Of a stretch of DNA of 64,000 nucleotides, positions 39,578-49,152 are shown one piece after another (the stretch's first letter is position 1; every line of letters starts with the position of its first letter). Source of the stretch: an uncultured Gammaproteobacteria bacterium (GTDB lineage: Bacteria; Pseudomonadota; Gammaproteobacteria; JASBUN01); NCBI GenBank assembly GCA_963849825.1, contig CAWKIK010000002.1, positions 19,416-83,415 of the forward strand. The letters run 5' to 3'. The notes under the pieces were generated by a model that saw only the letters and a program-made list of their open reading frames with translations, was not told the DNA's origin and did not search any database. Position numbers and translations under genes: made by a program.

Positions 39578-41179
39578 CTAAAACCGGAAGTACAGAAACT
39601 CACTTATACGCGTAAGCGCGAGAATATCGGCAACTAGCACGCAACCGATTGCGAACCCCCATACCGGCGTCGGACGCCAAACAATCGACGTCTGCAGACG
39701 CGGATCGACAGCCCGCGTCGGAATTCCTCTCCCCTTAACATCGTCCATGAAAACGGGTCGAAAGAATCTCATTATTTCCTGAGTGTTCGGAAATAAGAAT
39801 GCGACTATAGCTAGAGAAAACACCGTCGCATTCATCTCGATGAATTCCCATCCTCCCCCCATCGTGAACATCACGCCCTGAGACGCCAAGAAAGTCTTTG
39901 CGGAGCCAAGCTGATCCCCGATTGCAGCCGGCAATGCAACACCGTTCGCGCCCATCATGCCTGATAGCATTCGAATCGCGGCGTCAAAATCCGGCGCACG
40001 AAAAAACACCCAGCCGACCACAACTGCAAAGAAGGTCAATGCGGTGGCACTCCCGCGCATGAGCCATGACTTTGGCTCGGAGGCAAGTCCGAACGCCTTT
40101 CGGAGACTTAGCCACCCATGATTGATCGCGAGATATACTCCGTGCAATGCGCCCCACGCAACGAACGTCCAGCCCGCTCCATGCCATAGTCCGCCCAAGA
40201 GCATCGTAAGAAACAGGTTGATATAACGTCGCACTTTTCCCTTCCGGTTGCCGCCGAGAGGGATATACAAATAGTCTTTTAGAAATCTCGAAAGCGTAAT
40301 GTGCCATCGGCGCCAAAATTCAATAATGCTGCTCGATTTATAAGGCGAGCGAAAATTAACCGGCAACCGCACGCCGAACATACGAGCCAGCCCAATGGCC
40401 ATGTCGGAGTAGCCAGAGAAATCGAAATACAGTTGAAATGTGTATGCTAATGCGCCGGCCCACGCCGCGAGCAGAGTAGGACCGTCTCCCAAGTGTGCTT
40501 GCAAAAACACGTCGTTGGCGTAGGGCGCAGCCGCGTCCGCAAGAATTACTTTCTTGAACAGGCCAATCGCAAAAATCGTGGTGCCAATCGAATAATTTCG
40601 GCTCGACAACTTGCAAATATTGCCTCGAATGAACTGCGGCAAGAGGTCTTTATGATGTACGATTGGCCCAGCAATTAATTGCGGAAAAAATGTGACGAAC
40701 AAAAAATAATAGAGAATCCCGTACTCGCGAGTCATTCCGTAATAGGCATCTGTGAGGTACGCGATCTGCTGAAAGGTGAAGAACGATATTGCGAGTGGAA
40801 GAAGAATATCGGGGACGTTACCAGCGCCTCCTTCAGCCGCGAAAAAATAAAAGGTGCTAACAAGGAACGCCGCATACTTAAAGTAAATCAAGAGCCCTAG
40901 ATTTGCGGCGATGCCCAGAGTCAGGATGAGCCGCCTTCCTGATCCCTGACGTGCGCTAGGCGACTGGCGCGACAAAGTTGTACCGATCGCGTAGTTGAAT
41001 AGCGCCGAACTGACGATTAACACCAAGTACGCGGGGTTCCACCATCCGTAAAACGCTAAGGATGCAAGCACTAGCCAGGCGATCGCCGCTTGTCGTCCCC
41101 AATATTTTGCGAGCTTAAAGAATCCGAGCAGCGCCAGCGGTAGAAACACGAAAATGAATTCGTAAGAATTGAACAGCAC
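39578..41179 (-). CDS. membrane-bound O-acyltransferase (MBOAT) family protein (AlgI/DltB/PatA-like)
   Basis: 533-aa polytopic protein. N-terminus MLFNSYEFIFVFLPLALLGFF and conserved His in WRRWHITLSRFLKDYLYIPLGGNR match the MBOAT signature. Confidence 0.8.
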   Translation of the reverse strand: MLFNSYEFIFVFLPLALLGFFKLAKYWGRQAAIAWLVLASLAFYGWWNPAYLVLIVSSALFNYAIGTTLSRQSPSARQGSGRRLILTLGIAANLGLLIYFKYAAFLVSTFYFFAAEGGAGNVPDILLPLAISFFTFQQIAYLTDAYYGMTREYGILYYFLFVTFFPQLIAGPIVHHKDLLPQFIRGNICKLSSRNYSIGTTIFAIGLFKKVILADAAAPYANDVFLQAHLGDGPTLLAAWAGALAYTFQLYFDFSGYSDMAIGLARMFGVRLPVNFRSPYKSSSIIEFWRRWHITLSRFLKDYLYIPLGGNRKGKVRRYINLFLTMLLGGLWHGAGWTFVAWGALHGVYLAINHGWLSLRKAFGLASEPKSWLMRGSATALTFFAVVVGWVFFRAPDFDAAIRMLSGMMGANGVALPAAIGDQLGSAKTFLASQGVMFTMGGGWEFIEMNATVFSLAIVAFLFPNTQEIMRFFRPVFMDDVKGRGIPTRAVDPRLQTSIVWRPTPVWGFAIGCVLVADILALTRISEFLYFRF

Positions 41180-41308
41180 CGGACTCCCCCCAGAAAATCC
41201 TGGATTTATTCTGCCAGTTTACAACCACCTAAAATATATGCAAATGGTTGTAGTCAGAAGGATGGCAAGGAGCGAACGAGTCGAAACGCAGCTGCTTCGG
41301 CATGCGCG

Positions 41309-41500
41309 TTGCCGCAAATGCTGCTGGAGTGGGTCAAGCGGGCCGAGATCGACACCGGCGAGCGGGATGGTCTGTCCACTCGTCCGAGACCAATTCTCGG
41401 CGTTCGGTGCGCAACCGTGGTTTATTCCTGGGAGCAGAGGGGCAGCCTATATCAAAAAAGGGCGGAGGAGTGGCCCTTTGTGAAGACGATCATCTTGCCC
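41309..41500 (+). pseudogene. IS3-family OrfA remnant, C-terminal piece
   Basis: LLEWVKRAEIDTGERDGLST matches the conserved OrfA segment (..LR.WVRQ.ERD.G...GLTT). The downstream leucine-zipper region is recognisable only in a shifted frame. Confidence 0.45.
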
Positions 41501-41738
41501 AACTGTATGCTTGTGGGGCCACATCATAGACTCGAGTACAATGCAAAGAGGTGGATGGTTCACCACGAGCATGTCTACGAAGACAGGGAAGTAACGGATG
41601 AAGAGTTCGTCGCTCTGCTGGAACCAGGGTCCTCCTAAGGAAGTCCGAGACGAGCGGGCGCCGATCGGCCCCAGCTTTCTGGAGAACGTCGCGGACGATC
41701 CACGGCTGCGAGGTCAGGCGACTTGACGGAGGACGATA

Positions 41739-42167
41739 GTGACTCGAAACCAAGTCACGCGCGAAGAGCTGTTCGCCCTGATGTGGGAGCGACCGGCGAC
41801 GCGTGTAGCGGAAGACCTTGGGATCTCCGACGTCGCTCTTGGTAAGCTCTGCCGGCGTCTCCAGGTGCCGAAGCCGCCGCGAGCCTACTGGGCCCGAATC
41901 AAGGCTGGTCAGACGCTTCGGCGTCCACCGCTCCTAGCCTTCCGAGAGGATGGCGGGAGAATGGTCGGCGGGAGACGGAAAACAGGCGAACCAGGAGCTC
42001 TTACGCTTTCTCCGAAACAGCGAGAATACGTGCAGAAAGCCTTGGACGAGTTGTCCAATGCGGGGATCGAGACTGGGAATGTCCAGCTCCTACACGATTC
42101 CATTCGAAGGCTGAATCCGCAGCTGGCCGGCAGAATTCTGATCCTTGCGCAGAAACGTTATCGTTAG
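41739..42167 (+). CDS. hypothetical protein
   Basis: 142-aa ORF with ordinary composition inside the island. No recognisable motif. Confidence 0.4.
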   Translation: MTRNQVTREELFALMWERPATRVAEDLGISDVALGKLCRRLQVPKPPRAYWARIKAGQTLRRPPLLAFREDGGRMVGGRRKTGEPGALTLSPKQREYVQKALDELSNAGIETGNVQLLHDSIRRLNPQLAGRILILAQKRYR

Positions 42168-42514
42168 TGGACCGCCGGTGCCTCTCCCGCATACGAGCGC
42201 ACGGCGTTACGGATCGTCAGTGCCCTGACCGAGAAGTTACTGCCGCTGGCGAATCGGCAGGTGGCGGTCTTCCTTCGAAAAGGTACCTCTGAGCGCAGCC
42301 GATACGACAGGGCAATTCTGGTGCGGCTTTCACCAGAGATTCAGCGCGCCATCGCCCAAATGCATCGGCTGGTCCGCGATCACCGTCTGGCCGGCGTCGC
42401 CTCACCCACGGGGTGGGGGCCCTCCCAATCGCAGGACCAGTCAGAGCTTGTTCACAGATTTTTCACAGAAATGAAAAGCGGCCCGATCGAGGCCGCTCAA
42501 GTGCTTGATTTTCT

Positions 42515-42589
42515 TGGTGGGCGGTGCTGGGATCGAACCAGCGACCCCTGCCGTGTGAAGGCAGTGCTCTCCCGCTGAGCTAACCGCCC
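42515..42589 (-). tRNA. tRNA-Val (anticodon CAC)
   Basis: 75-nt cloverleaf on the minus strand: GGGCGGTTAGCTCAGCGGGAGAGCACTGCCTTCACACGGCAGGGGTCGCTGGTTCGATCCCAGCACCGCCCACCA. Anticodon loop UUCACAC. Followed by a GC hairpin and T-run terminator. Confidence 0.88.
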
Positions 42590-42652
42590 GATCGGATCGG
42601 AGGCGGGTAGTTTAGCGGTCCGGCTTGGGAGCGTCAATTTCGCTGCTGGGGT

Positions 42653-43558
42653 TCAGCCGGGCGGTGGGTGGGCGAAGTAATCCCGCGATACGATGGCCTG
42701 CAGCGCCTGCGGCAACACTTCGAAGACGGCTGGTGTCGAGCTGGTGATTTCGCCGTCGGTATCGATGCGCAGCGGGCGGCTGGTTCGGATTTCGATTCTT
42801 TGGCCGGAATAGGCCGGGACGTAGTCGAGTTTCGTGTGGTGGCCGAAGCGGACCAGCGGTGCCAGGAAAACGAGTTTCCACAAGGGCAGCGGTCTTATGC
42901 TGTACAGGTCGAGTTGCTGATCGTCGATACGTGCTTCCGCGGTTACGGGAACACCGCCGCCGTAGAAGCGTCCGTTGCCAACCGTTATCTGAATCGCGCG
43001 CAGGCGGATTTTGCGGCCATCGCAGATTATGGCGGCGCGGAACGGGCGGTAGCTGCGGATTACGCGCACAAGGCTGCGCACGTAGCTGAGTACTCCCCAG
43101 CGTTTCTTTTCGCCGTCGTGCAGCTGCCGGGAAACTTTTTCGCCCAAGCCGATGTGGGCGACATTGAAGAACAGATGTCCATTGACCCTGCCCAAGTCGA
43201 TGGCGTGCACTCGGCCGTCCAGTATGACGTCGCATGCATCCATCGGGTCATCGGGGATGCCCAGGGTCCGCGCCAGGTCGTTCGCCGTTCCCAGGGGTAG
43301 CACGGCGAACGGGAGTCCGGTCTCCAGCAATGCAGGCGCAGCCGTGTTGATGGTCCCATCACCGCCGCCTAGCACGATCAAGTCGCATCGATCCCGGCAT
43401 TTTCGAATCAGTTCGGGAATCGCGGCCGGCTGGTCGGTGAGGTGCGCATCTACGGTAATACCTCGGGACCGCAGTTTTTCGATGCAAGATTGAATCTGGT
43501 GTTGCTCACTTTGGCCGCTTTTGCGGTTGGCGATCAAAAGTATGTGTTTCGGGTTCAC
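42653..43558 (-). CDS. diacylglycerol-kinase-like lipid kinase (YegS/BmrU family)
   Basis: LIVLGGGDGTINTAA ... LPLGTANDLARTLGIP match the DAGK catalytic-domain motifs. Confidence 0.85.
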   Translation of the reverse strand: MNPKHILLIANRKSGQSEQHQIQSCIEKLRSRGITVDAHLTDQPAAIPELIRKCRDRCDLIVLGGGDGTINTAAPALLETGLPFAVLPLGTANDLARTLGIPDDPMDACDVILDGRVHAIDLGRVNGHLFFNVAHIGLGEKVSRQLHDGEKKRWGVLSYVRSLVRVIRSYRPFRAAIICDGRKIRLRAIQITVGNGRFYGGGVPVTAEARIDDQQLDLYSIRPLPLWKLVFLAPLVRFGHHTKLDYVPAYSGQRIEIRTSRPLRIDTDGEITSSTPAVFEVLPQALQAIVSRDYFAHPPPG

Positions 43559-43597
43559 TTCATGACGCCTGTCAAACCGTAGCCGAACTTCGCGGCA

Positions 43598-44422
43598 TCA
43601 ATGGGAAGTCTGCGGCGTCACGGTGTTGAACGAAGGCTGACCGATTCGGCGATAGAACGATTCGAGTATGCTGTAGATCCCGAAGGCGATCAGCCCCAAT
43701 GCCACCAAGCCGAGCAGATAGGGCCCGAACGGTTGCTGTTCCAATGTTCGCAAGGCGCCGTCCAGGCCCCGTGCTTTGTCCGGGTTGAATTGCACGGCGG
43801 CGACGACGAAGAACCCGCCGATGATCAGAAACACCACGCCGCGTGCAATCAGACCGAACTGGCAAACAGGTTTGGTCCAGCGCATGGCTTCCCGGTCCAT
43901 GGCGAATCGTCTCAGAAACTTTGCAGTCCAGCCCTTGACGATGTGTGCAATGCCAGCGCCGATTACGGCCACGCCGACGCCGGATACCAGCCATCGGCCG
44001 TAAGGCTGGGACATCAATTTCGCGGTCCAATTGCTCGTTTGACTGGAATCGCCGCCGGAGCCCCAGCCAAAAATGAGGCTGACGGCGAAAAAGGCCAGCG
44101 CCAAGTGTGTGATGGCGCTGATCAACAATCCGGCACGAATGACGAGTCCCTTGGCGTCCGTGCCGTGACGATCGGCATCCCAGATTCCCTGTATGAAGCG
44201 CCACGCGGCGTAACAGACCAAGCCGAATGCGACAATGGCGAGCATGGTCTGACCCAGCGGCTGTCCCAGCAGGTGGCGCAGACTGCCGCGGGTGTCTTCG
44301 GTCTGGCCACTGCCGAAGGCGGCCACCAGCGCCATCCATCCGACAATCAGATAGACTGCGCCGCGGGCGGAGTAACCCAGGCGGGCCATCCATTCCAATT
44401 TGTTGTCCTGTAAGTTCTTCAT
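43598..44422 (-). CDS. DUF1206 domain membrane protein
   Basis: Repeated RGAVYLIVGWMAL and ARGVVFLIIGGFFVVAA modules. Start at MKNLQDN. Confidence 0.6.
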   Translation of the reverse strand: MKNLQDNKLEWMARLGYSARGAVYLIVGWMALVAAFGSGQTEDTRGSLRHLLGQPLGQTMLAIVAFGLVCYAAWRFIQGIWDADRHGTDAKGLVIRAGLLISAITHLALAFFAVSLIFGWGSGGDSSQTSNWTAKLMSQPYGRWLVSGVGVAVIGAGIAHIVKGWTAKFLRRFAMDREAMRWTKPVCQFGLIARGVVFLIIGGFFVVAAVQFNPDKARGLDGALRTLEQQPFGPYLLGLVALGLIAFGIYSILESFYRRIGQPSFNTVTPQTSH

Positions 44423-44571
44423 CCGTGAACCCCGCGCGCGTTTGTGGTTACCTTCAGTGTGGGTTAGCGCGCGCACTGATCAAGTGCCTCGGCCCGCCAC
44501 GTTGTTTTTCGATCGCCCATAAAAAAGGGCGGCCGGGGGGCCGCCCAGGGGGTGACATGGGAAAGTACATG

Positions 44572-45993
44572 TCACCGATCGGGGGACAGGCGGAAGACGA
44601 GGAACATGGGAGTTTGTCCGCGCTGTACCAACACCGGCACTAATGCCGATGTCGGCAGCCGCGCGACGATTTCATTCAATCCCTGCACGCTCGCCACTTC
44701 CGAATGGTCGATTTTCAAGATGATGTCTCCGGGAATAATGCCCGCGGTCGCAGCCGGCCCGGGATTCACGCCCTCGACCCGCACACCGCGCTGGCCCAGT
44801 TTCAGCTCTTCGCGCTGCGTGTTCGACAGCTCGCTCAACGCGAGACCGAGTCGTGCATTCTCTTGCGGTTGCGGCGCCTGCGCTTGCGGCGGTTTGTCCA
44901 GTTCCCCAATCGCAACCGAAACATGGTGCTGTCGACCTTCCCGGAGGATAGTCATTGAAACGGTTTTGCCAACCGGCGCGTCGGCAACAAATTTCGGCAA
45001 TCGGCCGGCCTCGTCAATGTCGCGATCATCGAAGCTCAGGATAATGTCACCGGTATGCAGTTTCGCCGCCGCCGGGCTATCGTCGATGACTTCGGTGACC
45101 AGCGCGCCGCGCGGCCGGTCTAATCCGAACGCTTCGGCCAATTCCTGGTCCACGGGCTGTACCAATACCCCCAGCCATCCTCGGGTAACATGGCCCTGTT
45201 GTTTCAATTGCGCGACGACATTCATCGCGACGTTGATCGGAATGGCGAACGACAACCCCATATAACCGCCGGTATTGGAATAGATCTGGGAATTGATGCC
45301 CACGACCTCGCCCTTGGTGTTGAACAGCGGTCCGCCGGAGTTGCCCGGGTTCACCGCTACGTCGGTCTGGATGAAGGGCACGTAGCTCTCGCTGGGGAGA
45401 TTACGACCCAAGGCGCTGACGATGCCCTGGGTTGCGGTGTGTTCCAGACCGAAGGGCGAACCGATCGCGAGTACCCATTCGCCCACTTGCAAGCGGTCCG
45501 AGTCGCCGATTTTCACCGTGGGTAGATCCGGTGCGTCGATTTTCAGGAGAGCAACGTCGCTGCGTTCGTCAAAGCCCACCAGTGTCGCCGGTTGCTCGCG
45601 CCGGTCGCTCAGGCGCACCACCAGCGACTGTGCGTCCTTGACCACGTGTGCGTTGGTCAATACGTAGCCGTCATGGGAGAGAATGAAACCGGACCCCACC
45701 GAATGCACCGGTTCGAGTGGCGCGCCCCCGGGCGGATGATCGAAATAGCGCCGAAAATAATCGTTGAAAGGTTGCTCGTTCGGGCCCTCGGGAGCACCCT
45801 GGGGCGGCTCCGCGGTCTCGGCTTCGGTCGCAAGGCGGATACTGCTCACGTTCACCACCGCCTTGCCGTTTTCTTGTACGAGCTGGATGAAATCCGGAAG
45901 GGTTCCACGGTCACCCATTGCCGATTGGGTGAGCAACAGGAATAGGCACGAAATCAGCATCACGATTCGCGGGACAATTCGCTTGTCCGGCAT
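44572..45993 (-). CDS. degP: periplasmic serine endoprotease DegP/DegQ/MucD (HtrA family) with two PDZ domains
   Basis: Catalytic triad context: TNAHVV...DVALLKI...GNSGGPL. Two PDZ-like C-terminal domains and a signal peptide. First ATG used (the tool ORF starts at TTG). Confidence 0.9.
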   Translation of the reverse strand: MPDKRIVPRIVMLISCLFLLLTQSAMGDRGTLPDFIQLVQENGKAVVNVSSIRLATEAETAEPPQGAPEGPNEQPFNDYFRRYFDHPPGGAPLEPVHSVGSGFILSHDGYVLTNAHVVKDAQSLVVRLSDRREQPATLVGFDERSDVALLKIDAPDLPTVKIGDSDRLQVGEWVLAIGSPFGLEHTATQGIVSALGRNLPSESYVPFIQTDVAVNPGNSGGPLFNTKGEVVGINSQIYSNTGGYMGLSFAIPINVAMNVVAQLKQQGHVTRGWLGVLVQPVDQELAEAFGLDRPRGALVTEVIDDSPAAAKLHTGDIILSFDDRDIDEAGRLPKFVADAPVGKTVSMTILREGRQHHVSVAIGELDKPPQAQAPQPQENARLGLALSELSNTQREELKLGQRGVRVEGVNPGPAATAGIIPGDIILKIDHSEVASVQGLNEIVARLPTSALVPVLVQRGQTPMFLVFRLSPDR

Positions 45994-46189
45994 TTGCAGC
46001 GCGCTCCAGTGTTCCAAAATGCAGATCGTCCAGCCCTCTTTATAGTAGGCGGCGGGGTGCGCTGCACAGCGAAGGACGGGCTCGGCCGTCTCGAATCATT
46101 CGGCATGGATACACGTCCGGGCTGAGTCGTCTATGCTCTGGACACCGATTCACGCTGCACTGCAACCACCTCCGCAATCCGAGATGCAC

Positions 46190-47620
46190 ATGGAGTTGTT
46201 TTCCGACCCGCTGCTGCTGGCCCGGCTACAGTTCGCGGTTACCACGGTTCTGCACATCATCTGGCCGGTGTTCACCATCGGTCTGTCGCTGTTCATCGTC
46301 TTTTTGGAGGCGCTGTGGCTGAAGACCGGTGACGTCGCCTGGTATCACCACGCCCGGTTCTGGACCAGGCTATTTCTGGTGAACTTCGGTGTCGGAGTGG
46401 TGACGGGCCTGCCGCTCGAATTTCAGTTCGGCACCAACTGGGCGCCGTTTTCCGCCGCGGCGGGCGACTTTTTCGGCAATGTGCTCGGTTTCGAAGGGGC
46501 GATGGCATTCATGCTCGAGGCCGGATTCCTCGGCATCATGGTGTTCGGCTGGAACCGGGTGGCGCCGGCTATACATCTGTTTGCCACGGCAATGGTCGCC
46601 GCCGGCGCTTCGTTTTCCGCATTCTGGATCATGACGGCCAATGCCTGGATGCAGACTCCGGCGGGCGGCCGTCTAGTGAACGGCAAGTTCGTGGTCGATT
46701 CCTATTATCAGGCGATCTTCAACCCGAATATGCCGTGGGCCGTATCCCACATGTGGTTCGCCTGCCTGGAAACCACATTGTTCGTGGTCGGTGGTATCTC
46801 GGCGTGGTACATCCTGCGCGGCGAGCACCGCGAATTCTTCCTCAAGACGTTCCGGCTTGCACTGTTCGCCGCGATTCTGGTTGCGCCGTTGCAGGTATTT
46901 CTGGGAGACAGCAGCGGCCTGAGTGTATTCGAGCATCAGCCGGCGAAGGGCGCGGCCATCGAAGGACACTGGGAAACCAATCCGCCGGGAGAGCCCGCTT
47001 CATGGGCGCTGTTGGCGTGGCCGGACAAAGCGGCCCAGGGCAATGCCTGGAGCATCGAGATTCCTTATGCGCTGAGTCTGATCGCAACCCACAGTCTGGA
47101 TGGGCAAGTCACTGGGCTGCGGCAATTTGCGCCAGCCGATCAGCCGCCGGCGCTGCCGCTGTTGTTTTACAGTTTCCGTATTATGGTGGCGATCGGCTTT
47201 TGGTTCGTATTCCTGATGGCTTGGGGAGTATGGGCCTGGCGCAAGGGACATCTCAGCCCCGAACGAGTCGCGACGCAGCGGGCGCTGATGACGGCGTGGA
47301 TGTTGTCGATCCCGCTGGGCTACGCCGCGGTCGAATGCGGTTGGGTGGTGCGCGAAGTCGGTCGCCAGCCTTGGATCATCTACGGTTTGCTGCGCACCGC
47401 GCAGGGTGTCTCGCCACTGCCCGCGGGCACTGTGGCCAGCAGTCTGGTTGCCTACACCGTCGTCTATATCCTGTTGCTGGTGACGTTCGTCATATTCGCA
47501 CGACGTATTTTGTTTCAGGGCCCGGACCTGAGTCTCGAGCCAAGCGCCCCCCGCTTTGCGCCGTTCAACCTGGGCATTCGTGACAACGGGCGGTCCGCGG
47601 AGTCGAGGGAGCATTCCTGA
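46190..47620 (+). CDS. cydA: cytochrome bd-type quinol oxidase subunit I (short Q-loop / CioA-like)
   Basis: MELFSDPLLLARLQFAVTTVLHIIWPVFTIGLS matches the CydA N-terminus. ~476 aa implies a short Q-loop. ATG 46184 is an alternative start. Confidence 0.88.
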   Translation: MELFSDPLLLARLQFAVTTVLHIIWPVFTIGLSLFIVFLEALWLKTGDVAWYHHARFWTRLFLVNFGVGVVTGLPLEFQFGTNWAPFSAAAGDFFGNVLGFEGAMAFMLEAGFLGIMVFGWNRVAPAIHLFATAMVAAGASFSAFWIMTANAWMQTPAGGRLVNGKFVVDSYYQAIFNPNMPWAVSHMWFACLETTLFVVGGISAWYILRGEHREFFLKTFRLALFAAILVAPLQVFLGDSSGLSVFEHQPAKGAAIEGHWETNPPGEPASWALLAWPDKAAQGNAWSIEIPYALSLIATHSLDGQVTGLRQFAPADQPPALPLLFYSFRIMVAIGFWFVFLMAWGVWAWRKGHLSPERVATQRALMTAWMLSIPLGYAAVECGWVVREVGRQPWIIYGLLRTAQGVSPLPAGTVASSLVAYTVVYILLLVTFVIFARRILFQGPDLSLEPSAPRFAPFNLGIRDNGRSAESREHS

Positions 47621-48636
47621 TGGTCGATACGGTACAACCCTTTCTCGCTGACATCTGGTTCTTCCTGCTGGGCTTCATCCTGGTGTTGTACGTCGTGTTG
47701 GATGGCTTCACTCTCGGGGTTGGGATCCTGTCCCTGTTCGCCCAGGATGAGCACCGCCGCGACGTGATGATGGCGAGTCTGGGCAGTGTCTGGGACGCCA
47801 ATGAGACCTGGCTGGTCGTATTCGGCGGTGCGTTGTTCGGCGCGTTCCCAGAAGTTTATGGCATTGCGTTGCACGGTCTGTACATCCCGATCATGCTGAT
47901 GATATTTGCGCTGATCTTTCGCGGCGTGGCTTTCGAATTCCGCGAACACGGCCGCCATAAACGCCGTTGGAACCTGGCTTTCGGTCTTGGCAGCCTCGGC
48001 GCCGCCGCCATGCAAGGTATCGCCCTGGGTGCGGTGTTGGGCGGCATACCAGTGCAAAATCTGCAGTTCAGCGGCAGCGTCTGGCACTGGCTGTCGCCAT
48101 TCGCAATGCTCACTGCGCTGGGAGTGGTGTTCGGTTACACCCTGCTGGGGGCTACTTATCTAGTGCTCAAAACGGAGGGCGAGCAGCAGGCGCGGGCGCG
48201 GCGGGTTGCGGTCATTGCGGCCTGGCTCACGGTGGTGGCTGGCGTCGGGGTTTCCATCTGGACGCCGATGCGCTTCGACTACGTCGCGCAGCGCTGGTTT
48301 TCCTGGCCGAACATGGCTCTGCTGGCGCCGCTACCGCTGGCTGCGGCTTGGTGCTTTGTAATGATGCTGCGCGGCCTTAAGCGCGGTTTCGAGACCAGCC
48401 CGTTTTTCTGGAGCGTCGGGATTTTTTTGACGTCGTTCGGCGGCCTGGCGGTGAGCTTATATCCCTACCTGGTGCCGCCGACCGTCACTGCATTGGATGG
48501 CGCTTCGTCGAGTAAGACGCTGATTTTCATGCTTGCGGGGATTGGTATTCTGATCCCGATCATGATGGTGTACAACGGCTACCAGTATTTGGTGTTTCGC
48601 GGCAAAGCGCGGGTCGAAGAAGGGGGGTACCACTAA
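47620..48636 (+). CDS. cydB: cytochrome bd-type quinol oxidase subunit II
   Basis: 338 aa with CydB-like FFLLGFILVLYVVLDGFTLGVG. Start overlaps the cydA stop. Confidence 0.88.
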   Translation: MVDTVQPFLADIWFFLLGFILVLYVVLDGFTLGVGILSLFAQDEHRRDVMMASLGSVWDANETWLVVFGGALFGAFPEVYGIALHGLYIPIMLMIFALIFRGVAFEFREHGRHKRRWNLAFGLGSLGAAAMQGIALGAVLGGIPVQNLQFSGSVWHWLSPFAMLTALGVVFGYTLLGATYLVLKTEGEQQARARRVAVIAAWLTVVAGVGVSIWTPMRFDYVAQRWFSWPNMALLAPLPLAAAWCFVMMLRGLKRGFETSPFFWSVGIFLTSFGGLAVSLYPYLVPPTVTALDGASSSKTLIFMLAGIGILIPIMMVYNGYQYLVFRGKARVEEGGYH

Positions 48637-48675
48637 CGGCGATTTTGCGCAGCGGCCGTGGCGTCGCTCGCTTCG

Positions 48676-49152
48676 TCAGTCATCTACCAGCGCCCACAGT
48701 TTCACTTGGGCGTGGTCGCCCGCGTCGGGTTTAACGACTCGAAACTGTTCCTCGATACCATCGGCACCGAATGCACGTTCGACCGAGATCATCGTGCCGA
48801 GTGGGTGCTCAGTCAAACTCTGCGCGAATCGAATCTCCTCGTCTGCAACCGGCAATGCCGCTTCGGCCGAAGGTGCGCCGTAGTGCGCGCAGAGGTGTTC
48901 GACAATGCGTTCGCGCACTTGCTCCAGTTCTCGATCGTCGATTTGGGCGATAACCACGAACGTGCTGTAGCCGAAGCTTTCCGTACCCAGAAACCCATGC
49001 TGAAACGCTTGGCGAATCTTGCCGTCGGGGGTATCCGGATCGGCATCCCAAAGCGCGAAGCTGCCCGGGATCGCCCACTCCCCCGGGATGGCTGCATACC
49101 GATAGACCTGCCGGTCTGAGGTGTCCAATTGGATGGCGCGCAGAAATTTCAA
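48676..49152 (-). CDS. hypothetical protein (conserved-looking, soluble)
   Basis: The tool ORF 48676-49311 overlaps the upstream gene by 160 nt in an Arg-rich frame. A TTG at 49152 abuts the upstream stop and gives a ~158-aa protein (LKFLRAIQLDTSDRQVYRYAAIPGEW...). Confidence 0.4.
   Translation of the reverse strand: MKFLRAIQLDTSDRQVYRYAAIPGEWAIPGSFALWDADPDTPDGKIRQAFQHGFLGTESFGYSTFVVIAQIDDRELEQVRERIVEHLCAHYGAPSAEAALPVADEEIRFAQSLTEHPLGTMISVERAFGADGIEEQFRVVKPDAGDHAQVKLWALVDD

Larger units (their letters stand above)
37725..42490. mobile_element. genomic island at tRNA-Val (no intact integrase; IS3 remnant plus lower-GC MBOAT cassette)
   Basis: Bounded by 51-nt direct repeats. Interior holds a decayed IS3-family orfA in two pieces (38125-38265; 41309-41500), two lower-GC genes (38288-41179) and a hypothetical gene. 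Confidence 0.7.
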
